Below, in pieces: positions 52,899 to 64,000 of a DNA stretch of 64,000 nt. The stretch is from Octopus vulgaris (taxonomy: Eukaryota): assembly GCA_951406725.2 (NCBI GenBank), contig OX597830.1, positions 7,440,001 through 7,504,000 on the forward strand, written 5' to 3'. A program made the translations under genes and the position numbers. The notes under the pieces were generated by a model that was not told where the DNA came from, did no database searches, and saw only the letters and a list, made by a program, of their open reading frames with translations. Each line of letters starts with the position of its first letter. The stretch's first letter is position 1.

Positions 52899-53532
52899 AA
52901 GTAATCCTTTGCCATATCGCGGTTCCCCTATCGCTGTTCACCTATTGCGGTTCACCTATCACGGTTCACTTATCGCGGTTCAACTATCGCGGTTTTATTA
53001 TTTAAGCTTACGTTCATTCACCCGTGGTGTTGTTTTGCATTTATAATAACAAATTATAAAAATAATTTTAAATGTATACAATCCAGTACTGTTTCTACTT
53101 CACGGATTTTCACTTATCGCTGTGGGGTTTTGTTACGTAACACCCGCGATAGCGACGGATTACTCTATATGTATATACAGGATGTCCATAAATTACCTTT
53201 ACAGCTTCCATTCTTTTAAGCTTCATATTGTAAAGACATTTGGTGGACAACCTATATACATAAATATATAATTATTCACCTATCGCGGTTTGTTATTTAA
53301 GCTTACGTCAATTCCTCCATGGTTTTGTTTTGCACAAAATAAATATATAAAAATAATTTTTTTTAAATATACTGTAAATGGCGGTGCCCCAGCATGGCCA
53401 CAGCTCATTAGCTGAAACTGGAAAAATCAAAAAAATCAAATCAAATCACAGTAATGTTTCTACTTTACGGATCTTCGCCTACCATGAGGGGTTTTGGAAT
53501 GTCACACCCGCGATAGTCGAGGGATTACTGTA
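52899..53532. mobile_element. Two tandem Tc1/pogo-type MITE copies with a tiny MITE between them
   Basis: Left end agtaatcctttgccatatcgcgg; right ends ccgcgatagcgacggattactcta (about 53166) and ccgcgatagtcgagggattactgta (53532). 53175-53257 has caggatgtccat.../...tggacaaccta ends. Confidence 0.7.
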
Positions 53533-53611
53533 CACACATATCACACATATTTTGCACAGGTTCACATACACACAATGACACATACACATGTATATGTATA
53601 CGCATATACAC

Positions 53612-53730
53612 GAAGGTGCGTGGCCGAGTGGTTATAGTGCTGCTCTCATAATCGCTAGATCGTGGGTTCAGTTTCCGGATCGAGTAACGTGCTCTGTTCT
53701 TGAGCAAAACACTTCATTTCACATTCCTCC
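53612..53730 (+). mobile_element. SINE family C-type head
   Basis: gaaggtgcgtggccgagtggtta...gggttcagtttcc...tcttgagcaaaacacttcatttcac. Confidence 0.7.
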
Positions 53731-54419
53731 AGATAAGTAACCGTACGACCAAATAGCCTTCCGAACAGGGGTGGGGGTCACTGTTGGTCAGCTCATCTAA
53801 CCACCGGAATGGCATCGTTCGAATAATAACACATTACAAAACAGATTGTGGCCAGTGGTAGCCTCCATCCGTACACACAAAACTATAAACCACAAATGCA
53901 ACGTACACACAACCATCCACACACACCTTCTTTCTCTCACAAACACCCTCATAGATGTCTTTACATCCACAGTTACATAATTCCACACACAAACCTCTAT
54001 ACATTTGTATACGCACAAAAATTTACGTCATATTTAGACAGCTATTCACAGATACATATTTCTGTGTATAAACCCACAAGGGCAGGATTATACGAAATTT
54101 TAACATACACACGCTGATACACACAAACATATTCTCAGTATACATTCACACATATATATATATAACAAAGAAACAGAAATAAACCATACATTTATACACA
54201 CACTCACCCATCTACAACATACATTTCCGACAGTCACATACACACTCTCGAGTGTACAAGCACGTATACACACATTCACCCGACAACACACGAATCCTGT
54301 CTCCACCTCTCTCACACACATACACACAGAATCTCAGACACATACACACATACACATATACACACTAACACAAACAGCGCCACCATTACAGTAATTATAT
54401 ATATATATATATATATATA

Positions 54420-54502
<83 letters not shown>

Positions 54503-54799
54503 TATACACATCCATACAATGCTGTGGAAAAGGTTTGTTTTATCAAGTTCACTATAATACGCCGAATAAATGCAAGATGATTGCTGCTTTTAACGTTATA
54601 AATGGCAATGAAAGGTTACACAAAGGAGACCCCCCATGCCTTTTATTGCTTTTCTTGGGTTCTTATTCCTTGTTTTCGATCATTATTATTCTTGGTATGA
54701 ATTGGTAACAATTTATAAAATATTTTTGCTTCGATATTATCGTTATTATTAATATTTTTAACATTTTTTTCTTGTCTATTTACAATATCATTTTCAATA

Positions 54800-54801
54800 T
54801 T

Positions 54802-54839
<38 letters not shown>

Positions 54840-56190
54840 TATTATTATAGTCGTTGCCGTTGTTGCTGTTATCATTATTATTGTTATCATCATCATCATC
54901 ACCATTATCATCATTATTATTATTATCATCATCATCATCATTATTATTATTATTATTATTATTAGAGCTTCTTGCTGTTGTTGTTGTTGTTGTTGTTGTT
55001 GTTGCGTGCAACAAATTAGACTCAGGCATTATGCGAAAGACTGCCCCACGTACCTGCTTCCTGAAATAATAATATTGACGAAAATAAAATACAAAAATGG
55101 GGGGGGGGGGAAGCAGAATGAAAAAAAATACGGAGAGAAAAAAAAAAGTGTTTTTTTATCGGAGTAGTCGTTGTTGTTGTTGTTCTTGGTGGTGGTGGTG
55201 ATGTTATGGGGTGGGGGTAGGATTTGACTAGAATCGAAACACGAATGACTGTTACCCGGAAGCCACGTAAAAATGTATTCCAAATAATAGGTAGTTGTTG
55301 ATGTTGTTGTTGATGTTAGTACTTTAGTAAATATTTTTTCAAGAATTTATTTGTTTATTAATTTATTTTGTAATCTTTGTTTTCTCTTTTTTTTGTTTTT
55401 GGGGGTTTTTTTTATTATATATATTGTGTAGTTTTTTGGGGTTTTTTTGATATTTTTGAGTATTTCTTTTCTTTTCGTTTTGTAATCCCTGAAAGTTAAT
55501 AAATTAAATATAGAAGTATACTACTACTACTGCTACCACTACTACTACTACTACTACTACTAACAATAATGATGATGATGATGATTATGATGACGATAAT
55601 AATAATAATAGGATGATAATAATAATTATAATAATGATAAGAAGACGACGACAACGACGACGATGATGATGATGATGATGACGACGACGACGACGACGAC
55701 GACGACGATGATGATGATGATGATGATGATGATGACGACGACGATGGTGATGATGATGACGATGATGAGGGGAGGAGGAGGAAGGGGGAGGAGGAGGCGT
55801 AGCATGGTGGTGGTGATGATAAAATCAAACATATGTTAAAAGTTTGGTAATTATAAATGTGCCTTGCTATACTGAAGATGATGTTTATGATAATGATGAT
55901 GATGATGATGACGACCACAACGACGACGACCACAACGACAACGGTAACAGAGATGATCACAGCATTCACGATGACAAGGCGATGACGATGATGATGATGA
56001 TGACAATGATGATGATGATGATGCAAAAGAGAATGGTGAAGAAGATGAATAGGGGCAGGAGGTGGATGAGAAAGAGGATGTCGATAATTAGGGTTGCAGT
56101 GATGAATAAGATGAGGATGTTGATGGATCATGGTGGAGGGGGAGTGACGAACATTAACATGATGAGGAGGAGGAGGGGGGAGGGAGAGAA
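54800..56190. repeat. Cluster of compound trinucleotide repeats (CAT/ATT/GTT, GAT/GAC)
   Basis: Directly visible; interrupted by T-rich unique sequence. Confidence 0.85.
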
Positions 56191-56910
56191 GAAATACCAA
56201 TAACAAGAACTACATGAGACTAAAACCACCCACCCTCTTGCGTTCTTTGATGGTGACCTCACATAGCATTTCAGAAACATCCCATACTGTAACCCCCAAA
56301 CACAAACACGCACACCCACACACACATTTAACCTCCAGAAAATTCTGTGACTCGTTTTTGTTTTTCTTACTGACCCTTTCTAAACAAAGAACAACTGCAC
56401 CCTTGCATTCAGTCCTTACATATGTTGTAACATTATTCCTTTTTGCATGCGACCATCCTCGAAGAATATCTCTGCTCCTAACCATGCTCCTAAAATGCCA
56501 TCCACCTGATGTAAAATAACTCCCCCCAAAAACACATCTTAGCCTCTGATTCAGACGCCATGACTACGATTTCCTGTACTAAACGCTTTCTTTTCTTTAT
56601 TCTTTATGGAGAAAAAAGCAAAAGAAGAAACTGGACATTCTCCTGTCCACGATACCAGACGAAACAACATCCCGACATGAAGTACAGACGAGGGCAGCAG
56701 TGTGCAATTCGCTCAAACACCAGATGCGCCAAGAAACAGGAGAAAAATCTTAGGAGGATTAGTGATATGAACCCCCCACCAAGAAATCAGCCAAACAACA
56801 AATACAGACAAAAGCTACAACATCAAATGCTTTTATTCATTCCAGCCATAGGACTGCGGTCATGCTGGAGCACCACCATGAGATTGTAACTATTTTGTAC
56901 CTTATATATG

Positions 56911-56944
<34 letters not shown>

Positions 56945-57052
56945 GTAATAACAAAGGGTAAAATTAATTAATTAAGAAGTAATCAATAATTTCACCAAGT
57001 AGAGTTCGGCATGAAAAAAAAGACCATTTTATGGTAAACTTAAGTAATACTA

Positions 57053-57278
57053 AATAATTAGGGTTCAGCAAAGATTTGCTTTACCACATACCGAAGCTTA
57101 GAAATAGCAGCCCAAAACGTTAGCTATTTCTTCTACTAAAAAAGGGACTCCCAGAAAAAAAGTATTTTGGTTTTTCTGGGAGTCCCTTTTTAAGTAGAAG
57201 AAATAGCTAACGTTTTTTGGCTGCTATTTCTAAGCTTCGGTATGTGGTAAAGCAAATCTTTTCTGAACCCTAACTATT
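57053..57278. repeat. Inverted repeat (arms about 105 bp, loop about 11 nt) in a (TA)n-flanked element
   Basis: agatttgctttaccacataccgaagcttagaaatagcagcc and its reverse complement. Related unpaired sequence at about 23365-23460. Confidence 0.92.
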
Positions 57279-57280
57279 AA

Positions 57281-57330
<50 letters not shown>

Positions 57331-57492
57331 GTGTGTGTGATTGTGTATAGAAGAATATATTAATAAAAAGAATTCCAACCTTGTCTGATTTTCACGTTTT
57401 ATTTACAATCTTATAAGGATATATTAGAAGATAATATATTATAATTGAATAAAATAAAATGAAATAGTAGAATGTTAAATGTTCATTCTGAT

Positions 57493-57537
57493 TGAACTAG
57501 TACTTTCATGCATTGAATTCTGCAATCTTCGGGTTCA
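57493..57537 (-). ncRNA. Minimal type I hammerhead ribozyme motif in the Penelope pLTR
   Basis: TGAAC-CCGAAGA-T-TGCA-gaattcaa-TGCA-T-GAAA-GTAC-TA-GTTCA: 5-bp stem I, U4C core, 4-bp stem II, palindromic GTAC stem III loop. Confidence 0.8.
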
Positions 57538-57591
57538 TGTGACAGTCATGCTTCACAATTTTTGACTGTAGCAAGATGATTGATTCTGTGC

Positions 57592-57706
57592 TATAAATAC
57601 AGCTGGGAGAGGCTCCAGAGTGCTAGGTTTTGCAAACTGTATTCTGACCAATCAGTGTGTAGTATCACTCAATTACTTAAGCTGATTGGTTGGTTGAGCT
57701 GATTGG
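57592..57706 (-). promoter_or_regulatory. Putative pLTR promoter (three CCAAT boxes + TATA-like box)
   Basis: CCAAT at 57702-57706(-), 57685-57689(-) and 57648-57652(+); TATTTATA(-) at 57592-57599, about 55 nt upstream of the HHR. Confidence 0.5.
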
Positions 57707-58023
57707 TTTAGGCATCACGCTTTGTTGGACATGTCAAGAGTCCTGTATCTTGACCCTGGCCGAAGCAGCAATTGTTGGGTTATTTTTAGAAATGTTGTAA
57801 ATATCCTTTGTCAGAGATTTTTATATTTTTATATTTCAATTGTCATCATCATCATTGTCAGCACCTTAATTATTGTTGCTAGTGGTGATGGTGGTGGCAA
57901 TAGAATTTTTAACCCTAAATAAGATAATTTTCCTGCTATCTTCATCTTGATCACCTTTAGTATTGTTGTTGTTGTTAGTGGTCATGGTCGTAGCAGTGGA
58001 AGTAATACCTCTAAGTATTATTA

Positions 58024-59120
58024 TTATTGCTTATTTAGCTTGGGTTCGAATTTATCAATAAAATTCTTTTCTCTGATTTTCCTCTCGATTTCACTTGGGC
58101 TGTGTAATTTGTAGAATGGAAAATATATATATTTCCGACCACATGTTGCTAGGTGGTTACTCAAATGTATCTGACGGACCTCTGGGTCTCTAATCTGTTG
58201 CCGGTGTACACGTGAGCGTTCTAATAGTGCGTTTCCCGTCTGACCTACATATATTTCTTCACAATTTGGGCATTTGATGCAGTAAATTAAATTTCTGCTT
58301 TTGCAGTTCATATTCGCGTTTGTGAATATTTTCCCGGTTTTTGTGTTTATATATTGACCGGTATGTATGAATTGGCATGTGCCACATCGGCTATCATTGC
58401 ATTTAGATACCGTGAATGTTTGGTCTTTGTTGCTGAGGTCAAATTTTGCCTTTGTTAGTAATGTTTTCAAGTTTTTAGGCTGTCTTTTACTAAGCACCAT
58501 AGCTCGATCCGTGATTATGTCTTTTAATTCATTACTTTGGGCAATGATTGGTAGGTTTGCTTTGGCAATGTTGAAGATATTCTGGTGACATGGGTTGTGT
58601 GTCACTATGAATGGTACGACTTGTTCTTGTTTTCCTCTTCCTTGGGTTGTCCTAAGTTGTTGTATGGGTATTTTTATAGCCCGCTGTATGCCATTTTCTA
58701 TAAGTAGAGATGGGTATTTTTGTTTGAGCAAAAATTCTCTTAGTTCTATTAGGCGTTTGTTCCTGATATTTGCATCTTCTACAATAGTACAAATTCTTCT
58801 GGTTAGGCAGTATGGGATGTTACGTTTTGTATGTGGTGGATGGCACGACTTAAAATTTAGGTATTGATGTGTGTCTGTGTGTTTATAGTATATATCTGTG
58901 GTGATGGTGGTGTCTTTTTTAATTACCATTATATCCAGGAATGGTAATTTGGTACTACTCATCTCCTTTGTAAATTGGAGAGATGGGTGTAGGTTGTTCA
59001 GGAGGATATTGAACTCTTCCAGAGTATTTAGAGATTCTGTCCAGATTATGAAACAGTCGTCTAGGTATCTCTTCCATGCCTTTTCAATATACTTTCTAAA
59101 TCCAGTGCCATAGTTTACCT

Positions 59121-59124
<4 letters not shown>
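58024..59124 (-). CDS. Penelope-like RT C-terminus + GIY-YIG endonuclease (366-codon remnant)
   Basis: WKRYLDDCF, LQFTKE, LPFLDI, DIYYKHTDTHQYLNFKSCHP, CNDSRCGTC, NLIYCIKCPNCEEIYVGQTG..R..H, E. The ATG is fortuitous at the (TA)n junction. Confidence 0.9.
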
Positions 59125-59162
<38 letters not shown>

Positions 59163-59325
59163 GTTATCGCCATACTAATATGGCATTCTTATAAAAATAA
59201 GAATAAAGCTGTCCGCTTATTAGCTCCATGAGGCCATCGCCTTAAGTTAGCTATTTGATACACAAACTGTATTCATATAACCTTCGAACAAGGGAGGTCA
59301 GTCGCTCCACACTACTTGATCGACA

Positions 59326-59367
59326 GCTACAGACGCGTTTCGGGGTATTGCCCCTTTTCAATGTAGC
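59326..59367 (-). ncRNA. Minimal hammerhead ribozyme motif, U3-A8 variant
   Basis: GCTACA-TTGAAAA-GGGG-caata-CCCC-GAAA-CGCG-TC-TGTAGC. Confidence 0.8.
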
Positions 59368-59445
59368 GTAGTCAGACCAGTAGGTGTCGCTTCCGACAAT
59401 CTCTGTTCGAAGGTTTTATTTACCTAGTTTCAGTGGTCTGACTAC

Positions 59446-59488
59446 GCTACATTGAAAAGGGGCAATACCCCCGAAACGCGTCTGTAGC
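59446..59488 (+). ncRNA. Minimal hammerhead ribozyme motif, U3-A8 variant
   Basis: GCTACA-TTGAAAA-GGGG-caatac-CCCC-GAAA-CGCG-TC-TGTAGC. Confidence 0.8.
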
Positions 59489-59731
59489 TGTCGATCAAGT
59501 AGTGTGGAGCGACTGACCTCCCTTGTTCGAAGGTTATATGGATACAGTTTGTGTATCAAATAGCTAACTTAAGGCGATGGCCTCATGGAGCTAATAAGCG
59601 GACAGCTTTATTCTTATTTTTATAAGAATGCCATATTAGTATGGCGATAACTATTATTTTCCAGGAACGCTGCCGTGATCTCTTTTAGAGAGACTTAGTA
59701 ATTTTAATATTTTATATATATATATATATAT

Positions 59732-59897
59732 CCTTCTTTCTGTGTTTTTTTTCTCTCTGTGTATCTTTCTGTTGAAGAGCGTAGGCTCGAAACGTTAAAG
59801 ACTTGCTTTATTTATATTTCCTGAGCGCCATACTAATACAATTGTTCGTTTGTTTTCCACCTGCCTTCGTCTTTTGTCTATTTTCATAAAGCTTCCC

Positions 59898-59899
<2 letters not shown>
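59732..59899 (+). mobile_element. Short non-autonomous pLTR-like element with minimal HHR motif (59765-59800)
   Basis: CTTT-CTGTTGA-A-GAGC-gtag-GCTC-GAAA-CG-TT-AAAG; (TA)n on both sides. Confidence 0.78.
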
Positions 59900-59980
<81 letters not shown>

Positions 59981-60040
59981 ATATATATACTTACATACAT
60001 ATATATATACACACACATATACATACATGCATATATATAC

Positions 60041-60079
<39 letters not shown>

Positions 60080-60139
60080 GATACATACATACATATATAT
60101 ATATGTATGCATATAGGTGTGTTGTATGTGTGTGTGTGT

Positions 60140-60330
60140 AAAGGCGCGTGGCTGAGCGGTTAGGGTGCTGCACTCACGATCTATGGGTCCAGGCTTCAAT
60201 TAGGGAGAAGGCCGGCCTGTTCCCCTAGCCAACGGAGTGGTATCATTGGAAAGTTGAAACGATCAAAAGTTGATTGTGACCAGCGATGTATAACAACAGC
60301 ACATCGTCTGATCGAGAACATGATATACAG
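60140..60330 (+). mobile_element. SINE family C-type head, deleted/diverged
   Basis: aaggcgcgtggctgagcggttagggtgctgcactcacgatc. Confidence 0.6.
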
Positions 60331-61871
60331 AGAGAGACGGGGAGAGAGTGAGAGAGATTGAGAGAAATCATCTTTTTGCGATGTACCTTGTTAGCAATCC
60401 AGCCATAAATAAACACGCTGGGTCCAAAAACTAAATCTGCAAATATAAAAAAAAGGAAATTCTGGGAAACCCCCAACGAGATCTGAACCAGGCATTTACT
60501 TCTTCCTTGCCACACTTTCATATCCCCTTTCATAAGAAACACTTATATAAGTTCTTTCCAGTACTCGAATATTCACATCTCCAAAGACATACCCCTCCTC
60601 GCTAAAATCACACAAACACGCATACACCATCGTATAGAGACACATTTATTTGTAATTCCCCCTCATACATCCACCCCAGCCCAAGTCTAAGTTATCTACA
60701 ACAACAATTCTTCCCTGAATGTTTGTATCAAACAATTTCAAAATAGCAAAGCAAATAAGAAGTGAAAAGAAAATAAAACCAAGTCTATAATTAAAAGTTC
60801 CTTAACATTTTGGTCCACCCTCCGGTTTTAGAAGAATTTCTTTGTTTTTCTTATCGTTATTGTTGTTTTTGTTGTTGTTGTTGTTGTTGTTGTTGTTCTT
60901 CTTCTTCTTCTTCTTCTTCTTCTTCTTCTTCTTCTTCTTCTTCTTCTTCTTCTTCTTCTTCTCCTTCTTGTTTTGTCTAAAACGTTAGAGTATAAATGTA
61001 GTCGACCATAAAATATAAAAATGTAAATATGCTACAATTTCATCTTAATTTCTGACATTATTTGCTCATAATTTCCGGCCATTAATAAGAATGTTATACC
61101 TATTTTGAATCTAATTTATACCATTTTAATTCCTCCCTTCACAGAAAATGTCCTTGCTTAAACTAAAGATCATACGCCATAGCTTATATTTTACCTTGTT
61201 TTATAGTTTTATTACTTGTCTTTGCAATAAGGTTTCTCTGTGTCATAAATTGTATTTTGTTATCGCTGTCAAATATGTTATGAGTCCTAACGATTCGTTG
61301 GGTTCAGATGCTTGTTTTAAAAGTATATTTTTCTCTCTAAACTATTATTTATATTAAGGAAGTGGCGTCTCTTGTATTGAGTGAGACGACATAGTCAATA
61401 GTTGTTTTGTTCAAAACCATTTCACTGGGAGTTAAGAATATGAATATCATTCGCTGCAGCATTTTGCCTGGCAGAAAAATACTATCCCTATAAACTATGC
61501 TTAATTACGAGCTTGATATAGTGTCAGCAGCCACTCACACACCTTTGTTTCGGTTTTATTTTGCCTTATTAAGGACGAACGCCACCTTGATCATTTGGAG
61601 AAGGATAGGCACTTTTTCTCCTCTCTATATGAAATACTAAACAAAAGATTTGCTGGTTTGTGCTAGATACCTTTTTGCATGTAATAATTGAAAACATGGA
61701 GAGAATATTGTTCAGGAAAGTTTCAATAAAAATGAATAAAATGAAATGTAGAGAGATATTATTATGATATATGATGGTAATCGAAATAAACACACAAAAG
61801 TAGATAGAAGTAAACACCAGTTACAAACGGTCAAAATCATACATATAAATATATGTCATACATATTTATAC

Positions 61872-61969
<98 letters not shown>

Positions 61970-61980
61970 AAATATATATA

Positions 61981-62200
61981 AAGTTAATCCAAACAAGAAA
62001 GCACAAAAAAACACAACAACGCGAGGACGTGGAACAAATATAGTATCATTGGACGCTCAGGAAAGAAGGAAAGAAGGAGGGTTTAACGTTTCGAGCGGAG
62101 CTCTTTCGTCGGAAACATAGGAGAAGGAAAGATCCAGAGAAGGAAAGACAGAGGGAAAAAAATCGCCAATGGTACACACGAGGTAACATTTTGAAAGACC
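61981..62200 (-). mobile_element. Related short pLTR-like element with minimal HHR motif (62081-62116)
   Basis: Minus strand GTTT-CCGACGA-AA-GAGC-tcc-GCTC-GAAA-CG-TT-AAAC, followed by cctgagcgtc..atacta as in the other copies; 3' end at (TA)n. Confidence 0.75.
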
Positions 62201-62335
62201 TTTTAGGTGTAAGTGGTGGCGACACAAGTGGAAAAATGGAGGTAGAAGAAGAAAGGTAAAAAAGGACGAGGAAAAAGTACGAGATATATATGTATGTATG
62301 TATGTATCTATGTATCTATGTATGGATGTATATAC

Positions 62336-62540
62336 ACGAGGGTGTGCTGCAAATTTCCCGTGGATTTGGGTAAAAGAAATACAAGAGTATCAGTTAATTA
62401 TGATTTCATTCAACATATTCCCCTCTCACTGCGGTGATCCTTCAGATTCTCTTAGTCTTGTAAAAGAGCTCAGAAGTTTGGTCCTCTAGCCAGGCCTTTC
62501 GCGATGCCCTTAAAGCCAGGAACTTTTCAGCAGCCCCACC
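62336..62540. mobile_element. Mariner-derived MITE / internally deleted element
   Basis: Imperfect TIRs cgagggtgtgctgcaaatttccc / ccaggaacttttcagcagccccac. Confidence 0.65.
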
Positions 62541-63254
62541 TCTCTCTCTATATATATATATATGTATGTATGTATATATATATACTTACATATGCATCTG
62601 TGTTTGATTTTGTGTATGTCTGTCAATGTCTTCATCTATATCTAGCTCTTTCTCTCTCACTCTCTCTCTCCTCCTTCCTCTTCTACGTTTTATATATTTA
62701 CAATTTTCTAACGAAGGGGAGAAAAAGAACCCATTACAGGAGGTAGAGTATTATTTTAAACGATAATCTACAATTTTTCAATGTTATTTAACAAAAAATT
62801 GTCAGATTGGGAAACGAAACTTTCCGAAATTCCGAGTAGCGAACAAAGCATAAAAGCAATCGATATGATCTTGTGTTCGAAAGGAACCTGATCTATAATC
62901 TTTTATAGCTTTTAAATATTTAATTTGCTCATGAATCTTTTAATGTTTTTCACTGTTTACTGTAGCTAGTTTATGTTTTGACATGCCAGTGTCCCCCAAT
63001 CCTTTCTCGTTACTGTGACAGATGAGATGGAAGAGGCTGCGAACGCGCTGTTTTCTGATTGGCTGAATATTTTGAAAATTATCACAATATGAACACCTGT
63101 AACATTTTCTCAAAAATTTTCTCAAAAATTTCTCAAAACTTTTCTGGAATAAATGAATAACAATTTCGGATTCAGCGTCAAAAATTAAATCTATATGATA
63201 CGTTAAAAGTTTTTTTTAATAATTTTGGCTTGCATTGGCGATCACCACATCCGG

Positions 63255-63640
63255 TCGGCGAGCTAGCAGAAACGTTAGCACGCCAGGCGAAATGCGTAGC
63301 CGTATTTCGTCTGCCGCTACGAGTTCAAATTCTGCCGAGGTCGACTTTGCCTTTCATCCTTTCGGAGTCGATTAAATAAGTACCAGTTACGCACTGGGGT
63401 CGATACAATCGACTTAATTCATCTGTCTGCCTTTATTTGTCTCCTCTGTGTTTAGCACCTTGTGAGTAGTAAAGAAATAGGTATTTGCGTTCTGAGTTCG
63501 AATCCTTCTCAGGTTGACTTTATTTAACTTCATTTCGAAATCAATCAAATAAGTACCAGTTGAGTACTGGGGTTAGATGTAATCGACTTGCCACCCCCGC
63601 CACCGAAATTGCTGGCCATATTCCAACATTTGAAATCAAT
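63255..63640 (+). mobile_element. SINE family B with partial tandem second unit
   Basis: cggcgagctagcagaaacgttagcacgccaggcg...gcctttcatcctttcggagtcgat; a second core follows aagaaataggtattt. Confidence 0.88.
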
Positions 63641-64000
63641 ATTTTTATGGAGAACTACTCTGTCTCTCGCTTATACTACATTCCGAGTCCCCTGGAAAGC
63701 TAATGCATCCTATTAAGGAGAATATGTGGGGCTCAAAAATGCGATATATGAAACTGTGCCGTGAGAAATGTTTGTTTTCGAAAGTTTGCAAGACTTTAAT
63801 CTAGAAACAAGTATATTTAAGCAAAAGGTGTCAGAGCTTAAAAACTGAACAGTGTTTCTCTCTTATCTATTACACCTTCTTCCTTTCTTTCTTTCTTTCA
63901 TATTTTCTTTCTCTCTACCTGTCGCTCCCCCTCTCTCTCTCTCTCACTCTCTCATACTCACTCTTTTACTTTGCTTCCACGTCTTCAGGTGTGCGTCAGT

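Larger units (their letters stand above)
57350..59122 (-). mobile_element. 5'-truncated Penelope-like element with uninterrupted ORF remnant and 3' pLTR
   Basis: ORF, CCAAT/TATA-like boxes, HHR and AATAAA lie in the expected order; flanked by TA/TG microsatellites. Confidence 0.93.
59158..59656. mobile_element. Head-to-head foldback of pLTR-like arms (about 220 bp each, 54-nt spacer)
   Basis: 59158-59379 is a near-perfect reverse complement of 59434-59656; (TA)n on the left. Confidence 0.93.

Noticed and set aside
52915-52995. CRISPR-like short repeat array
   Set aside because: Head-to-tail 14-mers with no spacers, eukaryotic context, no cas genes.
55496-56206. His/Pro-rich 236-aa ORF resembling a transcription-factor N-terminus
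   Set aside because: Degenerate trinucleotide repeats running into poly-V/I/S; no DNA-binding domain found in the window.

Overview
AT-rich, microsatellite-saturated eukaryotic DNA with no confidently identifiable host gene. The SINE families and repeat landscape suggest a coleoid cephalopod, probably Octopus (inferred from recall, not from a search). Nearly all ORFs in the supplied track are translations of simple repeats. The real coding traces come from retrotransposons and DNA transposons: two 5'-truncated Penelope-like elements (RT + GIY-YIG), several restriction-like-endonuclease (R4/Dong-type) LINE fragments, an RTE fragment ending in three C2H2 fingers, and a mariner 3' end. MITEs and many tRNA-derived SINE copies are also present. 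The most striking pattern is a population of minimal type I hammerhead-ribozyme (HHR) motifs with variant cores and palindromic stem III. They occur in the Penelope pLTR, in short non-autonomous units inserted in (TA)n, and in head-to-head foldback palindromes carrying one HHR on each strand. At least seven long inverted repeats occur in 64 kb. A weak three-exon minus-strand mini-gene candidate is also noted. Repeat boundaries are approximate.
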